Of a stretch of 64,000 nucleotides of DNA, positions 1-12,608 are shown piece after piece; the first letter of the stretch is position 1; every line of letters begins with the position of its first letter. This DNA comes from Mytilus californianus (taxonomy: Eukaryota): the NCBI RefSeq assembly GCF_021869535.1, contig NW_026262593.1, forward strand, positions 26,288,001 through 26,352,000, given 5' to 3'. Made by a program: the position numbers and the translations under genes. The notes beneath the pieces are model-generated. The model was not told where the DNA came from and did not search any database. It saw nothing but the letters and a program-made list of their open reading frames with translations.

Positions 1-169
1 TAAGAAGCTTTATCAATCATCTTTCGAATGACACAAACGACATATCTGCTAACAGGGGATAAAATGTCGCACCAGTCCTTCACCCCCCCCCCCCCCCACC
101 CCCCTTCCCCATATAGTAAAAAAATGTTAAAGGATAACCATTTATCTCTCTATGACAATGATTATTAAC

Positions 170-605
170 CCAATATCTAACTAATTATTCTGGGGACATA
201 TAGATTCCACCACTGCGCATGCACCAAGTGTGTTACGATATTTCTCCACTCGAGACAGTTAAATTTTAATATTTAAAAACGCGAGGCTTGTATAGAGCTT
301 TTTAAATATTTAAAATTTAACTGTTGAGAGTGGAGAAATATCATAATACACTATATATATAGGTGGAATCTGTTTCTCTAATGATTTTAAGACAAAATCT
401 AAACAAGTATATCCTTCCTCTTCAAAGATTTGCAGAAAGTTGTGTTCTTTATATGTGACGTCATCAGGCATGTTTGCCTTTTTTCTTGACGTCATAATTG
501 AAATTTCTACCAATCATTTGCCGATAACAAAGTTTTCTCTAGAGAGGAGAAATCTTTTTCTCGCACCGATCGAGACATGTGAAAATAGCATGAAAATTAG
601 ATAAA
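170..605. mobile_element. Palindromic non-autonomous DNA element (long hairpin with GC-rich apex)
   Basis: Arms ~229-279 and ~299-351 are near-perfect reverse complements (gatatttctccactcgagacagttaaattttaatatttaaaaa / tttttaaatatttaaaatttaactgttgagagtggagaaatatc) around cgcgaggcttgtatagagc. An outer IR is tatagattccacc/ggtggaatct. Outer boundaries are approximate. Confidence 0.6.
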
Positions 606-789
606 ACATTATTAATAATCCTGGATCATATTAATAATCCGTGATCTCGGAATCCCTATCCGTAATATCGGATTTCCATTCCACGATCTTTGATTCCCAA
701 TCCCTGATTTCGGATTCCTAATTCGTGATATGGATTAATAATCAGTTTACCCTCGGCATACAACAATTAAAACTAAAGCAAGAGTAACA

Positions 790-1190
790 CAAACCCCTAC
801 AAATTAGGGATGATTTCATGTGCTCCGGAAGGGTAAGCAGATCCTTCTCCACATGTGACACCCGTCATGTTGCTCATGTAATTACAAATTCGGTGATACG
901 TCTTATTCTGTGATGTCACATTCGAGAAAAAGAGGACAGGATTGTGGTTACGACAGTTAGAACTTTTTTGAAACAGATATCCCATAACGTTCAACTAATC
1001 CTATCTTTTGTTGTTCAGATTTGTTTTCAACCGACCCTCATTATCAATTTCTTGTCGTAAGTCAGGATATGAGGCAGACTTAACTGTATTTGTTGTATCC
1101 TTTATTTCAAGTTTGATTGGATAGATGTTTCAACATAGTCACCAAACTTCGGATTATTTGTGAATAAACGTAGATTGAATGTACTCTAAC
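790..1190 (-). mobile_element. Decayed Penelope-like retroelement fragment (RT remnant plus 3' tail)
   Basis: The minus strand reads IYPIKLEIKDTTNTVKSASYPDLRQEIDNEGRLKTNLNNKR, resembling the post-YxDD RT region of the element at 26-27 kb. It is followed by the same tail sequence seen at 12003-12255. Confidence 0.65.
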
Positions 1191-1504
1191 AGATCTTGAA
1201 ATGTTTTAGTATTTACTTCTGATTCACATCGCCCCTAGAGTAGGTACTTTCACAGTAACTTTGAAGCCCGGCTTTGATTGCTAATAAAATTGATGTTAAT
1301 AGTTTAGAAAGGGGTTTCACGGAGCACTTGGAAGACTTAGCAAGATGTCGTTGTTTGTAAGGACACTTATGTAATATAGGTATCCAATACAATGAAGGAA
1401 GATCCAGTTCTTAATCTGGTAAGTGTCTAGTGGGTATATGTTGAGTGTCCAAGTGAATTACGACGCATTGTTAACATATTTGATGCATGAAATTAAATAA
1501 GGAG

Positions 1505-2005
1505 ATATATGAGACTATAAGTTTCAAATATGATATTATAAAAGTCAAATATGAGACTTTAGAGTCAGGTATTAAACTATAAAATTCAGATATGAAACTA
1601 TAATAGTCAGATATGAGACTATTACAGTCAGATGTGAGACTTTACAGATATAGTACTATATCAGTCAGATATGATACTATTAAAGTCAGATGTGAGACTT
1701 AACATATAAAATACTATATCAGTCAGATATGAGACTATAATACTCGGATATGATACTATAACAGTCAGATATGATACTATTGCAGTCAGATGTGAGACTT
1801 TACAGATATAATACTATATCAGTCAGATATGAGACTAAAATACTCAGATATGATACTTTAACAGTCAGATATGAGAATATGAGACTAACAGTCAGTTATG
1901 AGACTATAACATTAGAGAAAACTATAACAGTCATATATTAGAATAAAACAATCAAATATGAGACTAAAACAGTCTAGTGAGACTATAACCGTCAAATATG
2001 ATACT
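1505..2005. repeat. Degenerate ~20-bp minisatellite (agtcagatatgagactata-like)
   Basis: Many imperfect tandem copies of cagatatga(g/t)acta are visible directly. Confidence 0.85.
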
Positions 2006-4623
2006 TCAACAATCAAATCAGATATCAGATTTTCTCGTACTTTCGGTAAATCAATTACTTCAAAGAGAAGCAAGAACGATTACAAATGTTAAAAGTTATA
2101 TAAGTTATCACAATACTCAAATCACATCAATGCAGATAGTTGATATGGTCGTTTCAACGTCTCCTGATAATTACATCTTTAGAATTTGACACTTGGAGGG
2201 TTGAGCGCTTACAAACATGTTTAACCCCGCCACATTATATATGTGCATGTCCCAATTTAGGAGGCTGTAGTTCAGCTTTTGTCGTTGGTTCGTGTCTGTC
2301 ATATTGGTTTTTCGTAAATTTGTTTGTTATAAATTAGGCCGGTCGTTTTCTCGTTTGAATTGTTTCATATTTTTACATGTCGGAGCCTTTTATAGAAGAG
2401 AGGCGAAAGATACCAAAACGGACATTTAAATTCATTAGTCGAAAATAAATTGACAACACCATGCCTAAAAACGAAAAGACCAAAAGACAAACAACAGTAT
2501 ACAAAACACAAGACTGAGCAATACGAACCCATTCGGTTTTGGTTTTTCTCATTGTTGAAGGCTATATGGTGACCTATAATTGGTTATATCCACTTATTTA
2601 AATTCTGGTGGTTAGTTTTCTCATTGGCAATCATACCACATCTCCTTTTTTTATACTGTTTTAAAATTAGAATTTAACTACAGTGATATTAATAAAAGAA
2701 GATATAGGTTATACGTCAATGCGAGAGCAACCCAACAAAAAAAACCAAGCAGGGACATAGAGGACAAAATGAAGCAGGAACGAAAATTCAAATACATTAT
2801 ATGTTATCAAAGAATTTTTGGGTAACATAGATTAAAGACCCAATTGTTAAACACATATCCTCTTTTCCCCGAATGTGACCTACCGAATGAGACTTATCAC
2901 CGGAGCACATGAGATCACCACCGGTTTTTGGTGGGTTTTTTTTTTAGTTTTTTATGTTGTGTTTTGTGTACTGTTGTTAGTCTTTTGATCTTTTTCATTT
3001 TTTTTTTTTTTTTTTGCAAAGGCGTTGTCTTTTTATTTTTGACTTATGCTTTTGGTATCTTTCGCCGCTTTAATACACATGCATGTCTTTGTCTATTTTA
3101 TATTTATATATAAACATTACTGTTGATGCTCAAATAATTTAAATGACTGCTCAAGTTGCCGATTCAAAAAATGCCAATAATTTGAGGATGGGTAATTGAG
3201 AAGTCGTAAACAACAAACAATTCCTATTTACCAAGTTGGAGCTTCCTTAAAATCAAATTGTGTTTGATAAGTTTAATACGTAGGTAGAAATCATATAGAA
3301 AATCAGGAAAGATCTTTAAAAGTGACATTGAAATGAACAAAATCGTTCAAATTGTTTTTTTTTTTTTTTGTTTTTTTTTTTTGTAGGAAGAATTAGTTTG
3401 GTGTTCATCACGTGTGTGTAATAGATCGTGCATCAATAATCATTAAACGTCATTCGGTAGATTAAGCATTTAGAATTATTTCAATACGTAACTGTTTGAC
3501 TAGAAATACAACATAATCAATCCTTAAAGTAAAGAAATCATATACATTTTGCAACTTATAATTACATAACTTAGTTAGAATTGCAGAAAACAATACTTAT
3601 TGCTCTTAACAAATTTAAGAAAAGGTTGGGCAGATAAATTAACTGACAAATATTAACATTTCACCAGCTAGTATTTTCTGATAAAAAAAGGAGAGAAAAG
3701 AATTCATTATACTTGGTTTTTTTCAAGCTTTATTGGTCAGATGATAAGTCATCACAGGAGGCTAGAAACGGAGTTCCTCATATGATGATTAACGATATTG
3801 CTATATAGCGAAAAGAGACAGTTTAGCTCTTACGGTAGCAAAAAAAGGGATTTGATGCTTCAAGTAGTGAAGAAAGGATTTTTGACGGTTTCTAACCCTC
3901 TAACACGGCATTAATTTTAAGCATCGTATCCAGCGATTTTATCATTCATTAAAACGACCAAAATCTTGCAATTTGCAAGAATCTCAAGTATTATAACGTA
4001 TTGTACGAAGCTTCAGGAAGAAAATTCCAAACCAAAACTGGAAACCTAAAGACATCACAAAGCGAGGAAGATAAAAAGCAAAACTTCAAAGTTTACAGAA
4101 AAAAAGAGATATACCCTGAGTAATTTGTAATCACGAACATCCATCAAAACCGGAAGTGATATTAATTGCAGTATTTATCCAGATTTTCATGCATCATCTG
4201 TCCTATGACGGAGTGTTCAAAGTTCATAATAAGTCAAATTCGGTAGAACCAGGATCAAAATTTGTAAACAGACGTAAGCACATAGGAAAATATGTTTGCT
4301 ATAATTGTGACACAATCACCAGGTCATGATCGCCCAATTTGTAATGTAGGGATGATATAAGTTCAGTGTAATAGTAACATAGAATGTGTTGGAAAGACAT
4401 GAATGTCCCCTTCTTTCATTATTTTTTTCTGTCCATATCTGTTTTAAATGAATAATGCGTCATCAGAAACATCAATATTAAATTATGTTACTCAATGGTG
4501 TACCCATACAAACATACAATACAGCTCAATCTATAATCACCGGGCAACTGTTGGGTTTTGGAAGAACGGATTAACAAACAAATGTAAAAACTCATCAACC
4601 ATACCAGGCTTTTATAATTTGGT

Positions 4624-4668
4624 ACGCCAAACGCACTTTTCGTCTACATAAGACTCGTCAGTGCCGCT
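4624..4668 (-). ncRNA. Degenerate minimal type I hammerhead ribozyme motif
   Basis: Minus strand: gcggca-CTGACGA-gtc ttatgta gac-GAAA-agtgcgtt-tggcgt. The core and stem II are intact; stems I and III carry mismatches. Confidence 0.6.
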
Positions 4669-7450
4669 CCAATCAAAACAAACAGTTGGAAGTCGAAATC
4701 AAATACGAAGTTGAAGAGCTTTAACTACTATTCACTATAAACTTGATTTATTTTATTGGAAATGTAATTTGAATAGATGATTGTATTAAAAAGAATGGCA
4801 AAAAAACATTACCATATACTTTAAAGAGATCTTGTATATTAGATGCCAATGACACAGCGTTTGATACTATAACTATGAATAAATTGATTGATGTCTGTTT
4901 TCTTATCATCCAGTGGCCTATATTTCATACATACTCAAAACGAGAATACTGAGGTAGGGCTTATTTCCCCTGTTTTAGTGTCACTCTCATATTCAAAATT
5001 TGAAAGTTATCAAAACTTACTGGAATAGTTTATTTGAAACAAATCAAATAATTGACAATACATTTTTTGTAATTTTACAGATCTAGATATCCATAAAATC
5101 AAATTGTTATTCAGCCATATACAGCCTTGTTGTTGTATACTTTCCTGATACAATATCTCCTATTTTACATGCTGTATGAAATTGTGTATCGAAGGACATC
5201 TTAAACCAATACGAATTAATGTGTATCTAAAAGACAAACCACATCTTTACTATAATGAAATTTCATGAGACTGTCATGCAAGTGAGAGGATTAGCTAGCT
5301 ATAAAACCAGGTTTAATCCACCATTTTCTACATAAGGAAATGCCTGTAACAAGTCAGGAATATGACAGTTGTTTTCCATTCGTTTTATGTGTGTGAGTTT
5401 TCGATTTTGCCATTTGTTAAGGGACTTTCCGTTTTTAGTATTCCTTGGAGTTCGGTATTTTTGTTATTTTACTTTTTCCAAGTTAATAATGTCCTTTTTC
5501 TACATTTTTTAAATAATTCCTATAAAATTTGTGCCAAAATCTATCAATATTGCCATATTTAGGCATTCATGAATTGCTAAAACGCCTTAATGTTGTTACG
5601 GTAAGAGATTTAAAAAACACACATAAAGCTTTTGTGTAAATTATGGAAAAAAAATTTAAGTTGGCCCTGGTGTAAAAAAAATGTTAAAAAATAAGGGTAA
5701 TTGCCAATACTTCTTAACAATAAATCCAAAAGGTAGTTTCATGCAGTGGGTCAACTGGGAATAAGGGTTAGAATTTTGATTGACAGAAGAATGTTGGATA
5801 GGGGCAGATATTTTGCTTTGCAACAGGTCACCTACGGACCCCTCAAAAGTTTTAGGAAGAGTTTTCTGTTCTCTCTTCGTGTCGATAGCGTAGAAAATGA
5901 AAAGCGAAAGACACCAAGCGGACATTCAAATTCATATGGAATGTAGACGCAGTTTTAGCGAGTGCATAGTTTGTCAAAGTTAAACTTTGCAAACGTATGT
6001 TAGAAACGAATGATCAAAACATGTGCGCGCTTAGCCGTTTGTATCGTTTGTGTTAGCAATAAATGCACTCTATGTTTATTATAGATTTTACAACAGGAAT
6101 CTATATGAAGGATAAATCGTCAAAAACTATTTGAATTTATCAATCACGTTTTACAACAGGAATATATATGTATGATAAATTGTAAAATACTATTAAAATT
6201 CATCACAGAGATATATTGTGGAAATATGACTCTACCTGTGAGAAGTTGATAACAAGTAGTATACTGCTCCAAGTTTTAATTTGGGGAATAAATATCAAGT
6301 CACATATCGACATTTGAAAACACAGCTTAAATGTTCCATCTATTTTCTTTTTGTATTATGACATTCTTTACGGAATTTTACCTTCGATATTGCACAAGGT
6401 CGTGTGTTTCTTAATTTTTCCTAACGTTTCTGAGTTTGTTTTCATTTTATGTTAACATTTTCAATACGATATAAATAAGCATTGTTTATAACGTATCATA
6501 GTATTTTTATAATATTTACTCCCGGTATTGTAGAGTTAAGTCCTTTTTTTAATTGATATTCATATGTAGGCTTTCCTATGAACTATTTGCTATTACTCAT
6601 ATCGAGATGACATTGGGAGGGTTGTGACATTCGTCTTTTGAGTTATTTTTTTCTAAAAATGTGTTATTTACTCTGAATGGCAAATCTTTGGTAGCTAGAC
6701 TCGAGCGAAACGATATCGACTTTTGTTATTGAATGATTCAGCAAGAATCGGAAAAAATGTTCTGCGAAGGCTCACATTTTCCCCGTTTCTAAGCGTTGTC
6801 CTTTACTTATTATATCAAGTCAATACACTGTTGTTTTTCTTTTGGTATTTTTAGCAGATATTAACCAACGTTGGTCCGCTGTATTTTAAGAATTTCTGTC
6901 CAGTTTTGCCTGTAGGATGGTAAGGGTCAAATTTGTTAATAATAAGAAGTGATATAGCATAGTTCAGGGAAAGATACCGTATATCAACGCTTATGAATGA
7001 TGCTAAACCGCTAACTTTCGAATAACTCATCACCGTAAAAAGTTTGTAGGGACGAAATTAACGAAGCATGATAATACATCTCTCCGGGTACATTTCTATC
7101 ATCACTATGTTTTAAATAACAAAAATTATGTTTTATTTTTAAATACCCAATAAATGACATTCAACAGTAGCGAACATACAAGAACAGTTCGATCTTTTGA
7201 CACACAGGTACGGTTCACTAGCTTTTTAAAACTTTTAAATCATAGTCGAGTATAAGAATTACATTTATCTACCTTTATTAATGTCAACATAGTAATCTTC
7301 AATATGGAAGTTTCTTCACACTTGACTGAACAAAATACTTCCTCTTCCAGTCACTGGAAAATCCAGGATATTTGACAGATCCTTCGTATACTTCAATCTT
7401 CAAACTACTGAACACAAACATTGTTTTAGTCTGAAGCGATTTCTTCGTAA

Positions 7451-8536
7451 ATGGATGAGAATATGAAAAACAATACGGCGAAAACTATACAACAACTCAA
7501 TGATGAGAACTTCCAGAGACTCTTAGGACCTACTATATTTCTGATTATTATGCTGATTGTTGGAATACCAGGAAATTTAACAGTACTTATAATATATGGA
7601 CGAAAATATACTAAAAGTGTTTATAGGACTATAGTTTGGAATCTTGCTATTGCAGATCAGATATTCTGCACAGTAGGGATACCGTTTAACATAGCACGTG
7701 TTGTTCACTATTATTCTTTTCAAGGAGAATGGGCGTGTGTCGTGTTCGTCGTAATGCTTTATCTTCTCTTGTTATATTCCACACATCTTTTGATGTTGTT
7801 ATCCATCCACAGATTTCGGAAAATATGCATGCCACTAAAATCACAACTGACTGTAAGAAATGTAAATTACTGGGTCGTTGCTTGCCTGGGAATTTCTGTT
7901 GTACTTTCGTCTCCACAGTTTGCCCTATCCAAATTTAGAAGAATAGACATTGGTCAAAATTTAACTGGCACTACTTGTGCGATATCTCTCTCAAATCCGT
8001 CTATTTATCATACCGCTTTTAGCTATGGATTTCTATCTTTGTTTGTACTTTATACAATAGTTTTGATATTTATCTATTCCATGATCGGCAGACAAATGTA
8101 TACTCAAACACACCGGAGAAAGGAAATGCATGGTAATGGTATTCCGAGATCCATTTCAAGTAAGATGACAAAGATTGCCTTTGCCATTTCACTTGTGTTT
8201 GCTTTAAGCTACATTCCAGTCTTTGTTCTCCAAACAACGCGGAAAATGATAGCGGAAGAAGAATTAAGCACTGGTGCTTTTTCTTTTCTTAAAATTGCTG
8301 AGCGTCTTTACGTTGTTAATCATGTAGTGAATCCGTTTATATATGGAGTTTTTGATAATCAATTTAAGCAACATTTGAAAGAACTTGTCACTTTTAACTG
8401 TCCAATTTGGAGTTCACGGAAAAGTTCAGAATCACCTTCTTCACCAAAGTCGACCACCACCGGATCAACATCAACATCTTCCATGGATACATGTGAAAAC
8501 AGTGTCAGTGTAAATGAGATTGGAGCAAAATGCTGA
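7451..8536 (+). CDS. Intronless class A GPCR, copy A (361 aa), orphan peptide-receptor-like
   Basis: Seven hydrophobic segments with GN in TM1, LAxAD in TM2, C3.25, SIHRF at the DRY position, ECL2 Cys, SYIP in TM6 and NPFIY in TM7. The tail is Ser/Thr-rich. Confidence 0.95.
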   Translation: MDENMKNNTAKTIQQLNDENFQRLLGPTIFLIIMLIVGIPGNLTVLIIYGRKYTKSVYRTIVWNLAIADQIFCTVGIPFNIARVVHYYSFQGEWACVVFVVMLYLLLLYSTHLLMLLSIHRFRKICMPLKSQLTVRNVNYWVVACLGISVVLSSPQFALSKFRRIDIGQNLTGTTCAISLSNPSIYHTAFSYGFLSLFVLYTIVLIFIYSMIGRQMYTQTHRRKEMHGNGIPRSISSKMTKIAFAISLVFALSYIPVFVLQTTRKMIAEEELSTGAFSFLKIAERLYVVNHVVNPFIYGVFDNQFKQHLKELVTFNCPIWSSRKSSESPSSPKSTTTGSTSTSSMDTCENSVSVNEIGAKC

Positions 8537-10879
8537 CACTTTTTTTGAAAGTAACACACTTTGTAAAGCCGTAAAACTGTACGAGAGTAGATAAATGTGA
8601 ACGCTTGCGTTTAGTTAAAAATAATCTGAAACAAACGGGTGATCAATCAATTCTAATATGGTTTTGAGCTAAATCCAGAACTTTCAAAGAACTTATTCTA
8701 GCGACCGAAAACAGACACAAATAAGCCGGGTAATCGTTAAAGCAAAGTATGAGCAACCGACGTGTGTGTTCAGTCGATTTAACTTTATTCTAATTTGAAG
8801 ACGCTTTACCTCAGAAACATATGATTCTGACTTTATTTATTACTGTTCATGTTAGGATTCACTTGTGTTCAAATGTAAGATGATATTTTTGTAATGAACT
8901 TTATATTTATATTTACTTAATATACATTAGAGAAATTCAGATCGCAAATAATTATGCTTTATTTATTTTTGCGGAGCATCTTTGAAAAATTTAACTTTTA
9001 AGAACTGTTTATTTCTAAAGTCACAGGACTGCTTTGTTTTAAGTCATATCATTTTTAAGGGGCATATATAATCATTTATTTGGAAACTTGAATTTTTTTC
9101 TATTAGTTGAATTGTATTGGTTTGTATATTATCTACTATATTTTTTTCATCTTTGATTCAAAATCAGAGGAAAGAATTACGAAACTATATCATAACGCCT
9201 TTTTCCTCCCTAATTAATGTTATATGATGGGTTTCTAACGTCCTATCCTTAATAACATTATAAGCTATAAAGTCAAGGCAAATTAAGGTATTCATGAAAC
9301 CAGAAATCATGAAAATGTACGATGATGCTGCATGTTCTTCATCATAGGATCAAGTTGTCAGTACATCATAAAAATTTTAATTCATTCTTAACACCAAAAT
9401 GAGGAGTACTTCCCGACATTAGTAGTTATAACTGCTACATGATTATGACACCTGTTGAAAACGTTGATAACATTTTAAAAGCAAATACACATACTCTTAA
9501 AATAGATAAAAGGGACTTTAAAGATATTGAAATAAACATAAATATTTGTTATTAAATTTCTATACGTCTTTGTTAATATCTGTTTAAACAAATTTTCCTT
9601 CTTCCTGGTTTATATGCTATGACACTCCAAAATTGAACAAAGATTTTTATTTGCTAAACACACTTCTCAATAATTTGATTTCGAACCTTTCTAATGAGCG
9701 CCATTACAGATTATTTATTAAAATTGATATTACATGATATTTTCCTTATGATTTTTTTTAACCATTTAATACTGTGTATTTTTTTCAAATGTCTCTGTGG
9801 GATTTGATCTTAATATAATTGTACTGTAAACGATATTATATATACGTATTATAATTGTAAATAGTTGAAATAGTTTGTTTTTATTTATTTTTTATTTGCA
9901 TGCTTTCTGTTTGCCCAGCGAAAGGATAACTCAAGATACTGCACCGTTTACAATGGTTGGTATGAATTACTTTGACTTTGAAATTAAACAGAGAAGATGT
10001 ACTGTGAAACGCTATGGTGTGATATTTACATGTCAGAAAATCAGAGCGGTATAGGAGATATGGTATGATCACCAATGAGATAAATGTTCACCAAAGACAA
10101 ATAAACAATTCTCTTTTCGTTTTTTATTTAGAGATATACTCACGAAGTAAATTACATAGATATTCAATCTTTCAATAAAATTCTTTGTCAATTTCACCAT
10201 GATACAGCAAAAGATGCATAATAAACTTAATCGCTACGTTACGGTGTTAATCACGCATTGATCGTAATTATTATGTCTAAACAAACTCATAAACAGTGGC
10301 AATGTTACTTTGCTAAACTAACACCACAGTTTCGCAGTTCGGTCTGACAGGACACTAGAGTTTATAAGTCGTGCGTACATGTTTAGACAAATAAGGAGAT
10401 ATGGTATGATCACCAATGAGATAAATGTCCACCAAAGACAAATAAACAGTGATTGAAACAAATAGACCGTATTTCATTTTCGGAATCTGCGACACATGAC
10501 CTGAGAATTTGCAACACTTGACCTAAGAATTTGCAACACTTGAACTATTGACGTCTTAAAACAATTAATGTTGCATTGTTGCATCTGGAATTTTTCGTTT
10601 ATGCCGTCAAAATGTTATGGAAACGTCTGTGTTGATCAGTAATTGCGGACAAATAGCGATAAGGTACATGTTGTCGACTATCAGCCAGCATTTAATGAAG
10701 TTCACTGATTTTTTTTTTTTTGTTTTTTTTTTTTTTGTCAGATATTTAAAATCCACTGGTTTCATCTATTTATACCATTAAAAACTTTGCCCGCTAATCC
10801 CTCCTTTTCTTTTCATAATTATTTTACATATAGTGTCAAAATGTGTTTTTTTTAATTAAATGTTATTAAATCTTTGTTA

Positions 10880-11330
10880 ACTTTTCAAAAGATTTTGATT
10901 GATTGATTGATTGATTGTTGGTTGCTTAACGTCCAGTGGCAAATATTTCATGCATATTCAGGACGAGAACAAATTAACAATAAATACAATAGGTAGGTTC
11001 TGTAATAGAGGCGTCTGGGATTGAGGTCGGAGAAATTTAGATTGCCACGGGAAATGAGGGTATATTGGATAGGGACAGAAATTTAGCCTTACAACCGGTC
11101 ACCTACGGACCCCTCAAAGAGTTGTTGCAAGGGTTCTTAACGTGCACAGAGCGTGGCACTCTGTTTACACGAGGCATCGGATTTAACGTCCCCATTCTGA
11201 CCGGACGTGGCTGCAAATTTGTACATCCCGCACAGCCAAACGGACGCCCCACTTTGACGAGGGTTTTACTGACGGTCGGAGGAAGACCAATGGTGACCAT
11301 ATTTCTATTCCCCAGTCACCCTTAGGGGTT
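10880..11330 (-). mobile_element. 5'-truncated SINE-like element with (TCAA)n tail
   Basis: A (ttga)n tract lies at ~10875-10897. The minus strand has ggggacgttaaatccg...gcacgttaagaaccc, resembling a conserved SINE central domain. A shorter related fragment is at ~5760-5860. Confidence 0.5.
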
Positions 11331-12002
11331 TTGAAAGGAAATAGGTGATAATGTTAAGTGTATGAAAAATCAAGAGAAAATCATTTCCCGCCAATTCTTC
11401 AATGACTTTTATATCAAATACAAGGACACAAACCTTTAATTATTTCTGCTTTTTAGTTCCTTTGTTCATATACTGTCAATTTATAACAAACTTTTAAAAC
11501 AGCAGCCAAATTCCTTAATATAGTAATGTTTTTAAAGATATTACATCATACAATAAGAGAAATGCTAAATTAATTTTTTTTAAAGAAGACGTCATTTCTG
11601 TCGTGTAATAAAACAAAAACAATAACAAAATGTTTAACACAGTTGGGACATTATCACAGGCAATCTCTGAAAAATAACTTGAGTTGTACTGTTACACCAC
11701 TGTCCCAGGTAAGGAGGAAGGTTGGCGCCTTCAAACATGTTTAACCCCTCCACATTCTTTATGTGCCTGTCCCAAGTCAGGAGCCTGTAGTTCAATGGTT
11801 GTCGTTGGTTCATATCTGTCATATTTGTTTTTCGTAAATTGTTTAGTTATAAATTAGGCCATTGTTTTTCTCAATTGAATTGATTCATATTTTTCAAGTT
11901 GTCTCATTGGCAATCATACCATATCTACTTTTTTTATACTGTATACCTTTATATAACACAAGGTTCCCATCTTGCAATTTTTAGAAATGACAATCAATCG
12001 CG

Positions 12003-12255
12003 AATACGGACGCCATCACGAGTTTGTTGACCGTTATGGAATATCCGTTTCACAGATGACAACGGATATGTTCCAATTGTCGTAACTACAATCCCATCCC
12101 CCTTTCCCTGAGTATGACCTACCGAATTAGATTTATCACCGGGTTTGTACTAATATGAGCAACACGACAAGTGTCACATGTGGAGCAGACTTTGCTTACC
12201 CTTCCGGAACACATGATATCACCCCCAGTTTTTGGTGGGCTTCGTGTTGCTCAGT
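12003..12255 (+). mobile_element. 3' fragment of a Penelope-like retroelement
   Basis: Reads YGRHHEFVDRYGISVSQMTTDMF (RT ORF C-terminal type), then a tail shared with 790-1000 (-) and ~2865-2960 (+). Confidence 0.6.
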
Positions 12256-12608
12256 CTCTTTTGCTATATTTCGATGCCGCGATAGTCTATCCAACTAAAA
12301 CGTATTATGTCGTAATTTTGCTTTACATTATCTAAAAAACGTGTTTGTTACACATACCGATATTGTCTGAATCATTAGTATCAGGCCTTTAAAGTGGTTC
12401 AACTGTAAATCATTTCTTATAAATGTATGGAATCTGATATTACTAACAATTACCAATACATGTCCCCATAAAGACGCCATTTCGCTTATTGTATTTAAAG
12501 CATCCCGAAAGTAAAAGAGAGCAAAACGAAAATGTTGCAACACAGAAACAACAAATACAAAAAGTTGCGTCAACTCGAAAGCGCCCGAAAGTACACCAAG
12601 AAGCCTTT

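Noticed and set aside
6851-7033. Minus-strand ORF containing YAISL, similar to the GPCR ECL2 CAISL
   Set aside because: Only a ~14-nt match with no surrounding homology; likely chance.
7686-8559. Antisense or alternate-frame ORFs overlapping the GPCR genes (also 21225, 29309, 48246, 49297)
   Set aside because: Short shadow ORFs of real CDSs with no recognisable motifs.
10053-10449. ~55-bp direct repeat (10053 and 10395) as LTRs or TSD of a small element
   Set aside because: The repeat is a piece of the dispersed tail family; the interior has no element features, so a local duplication is simpler.
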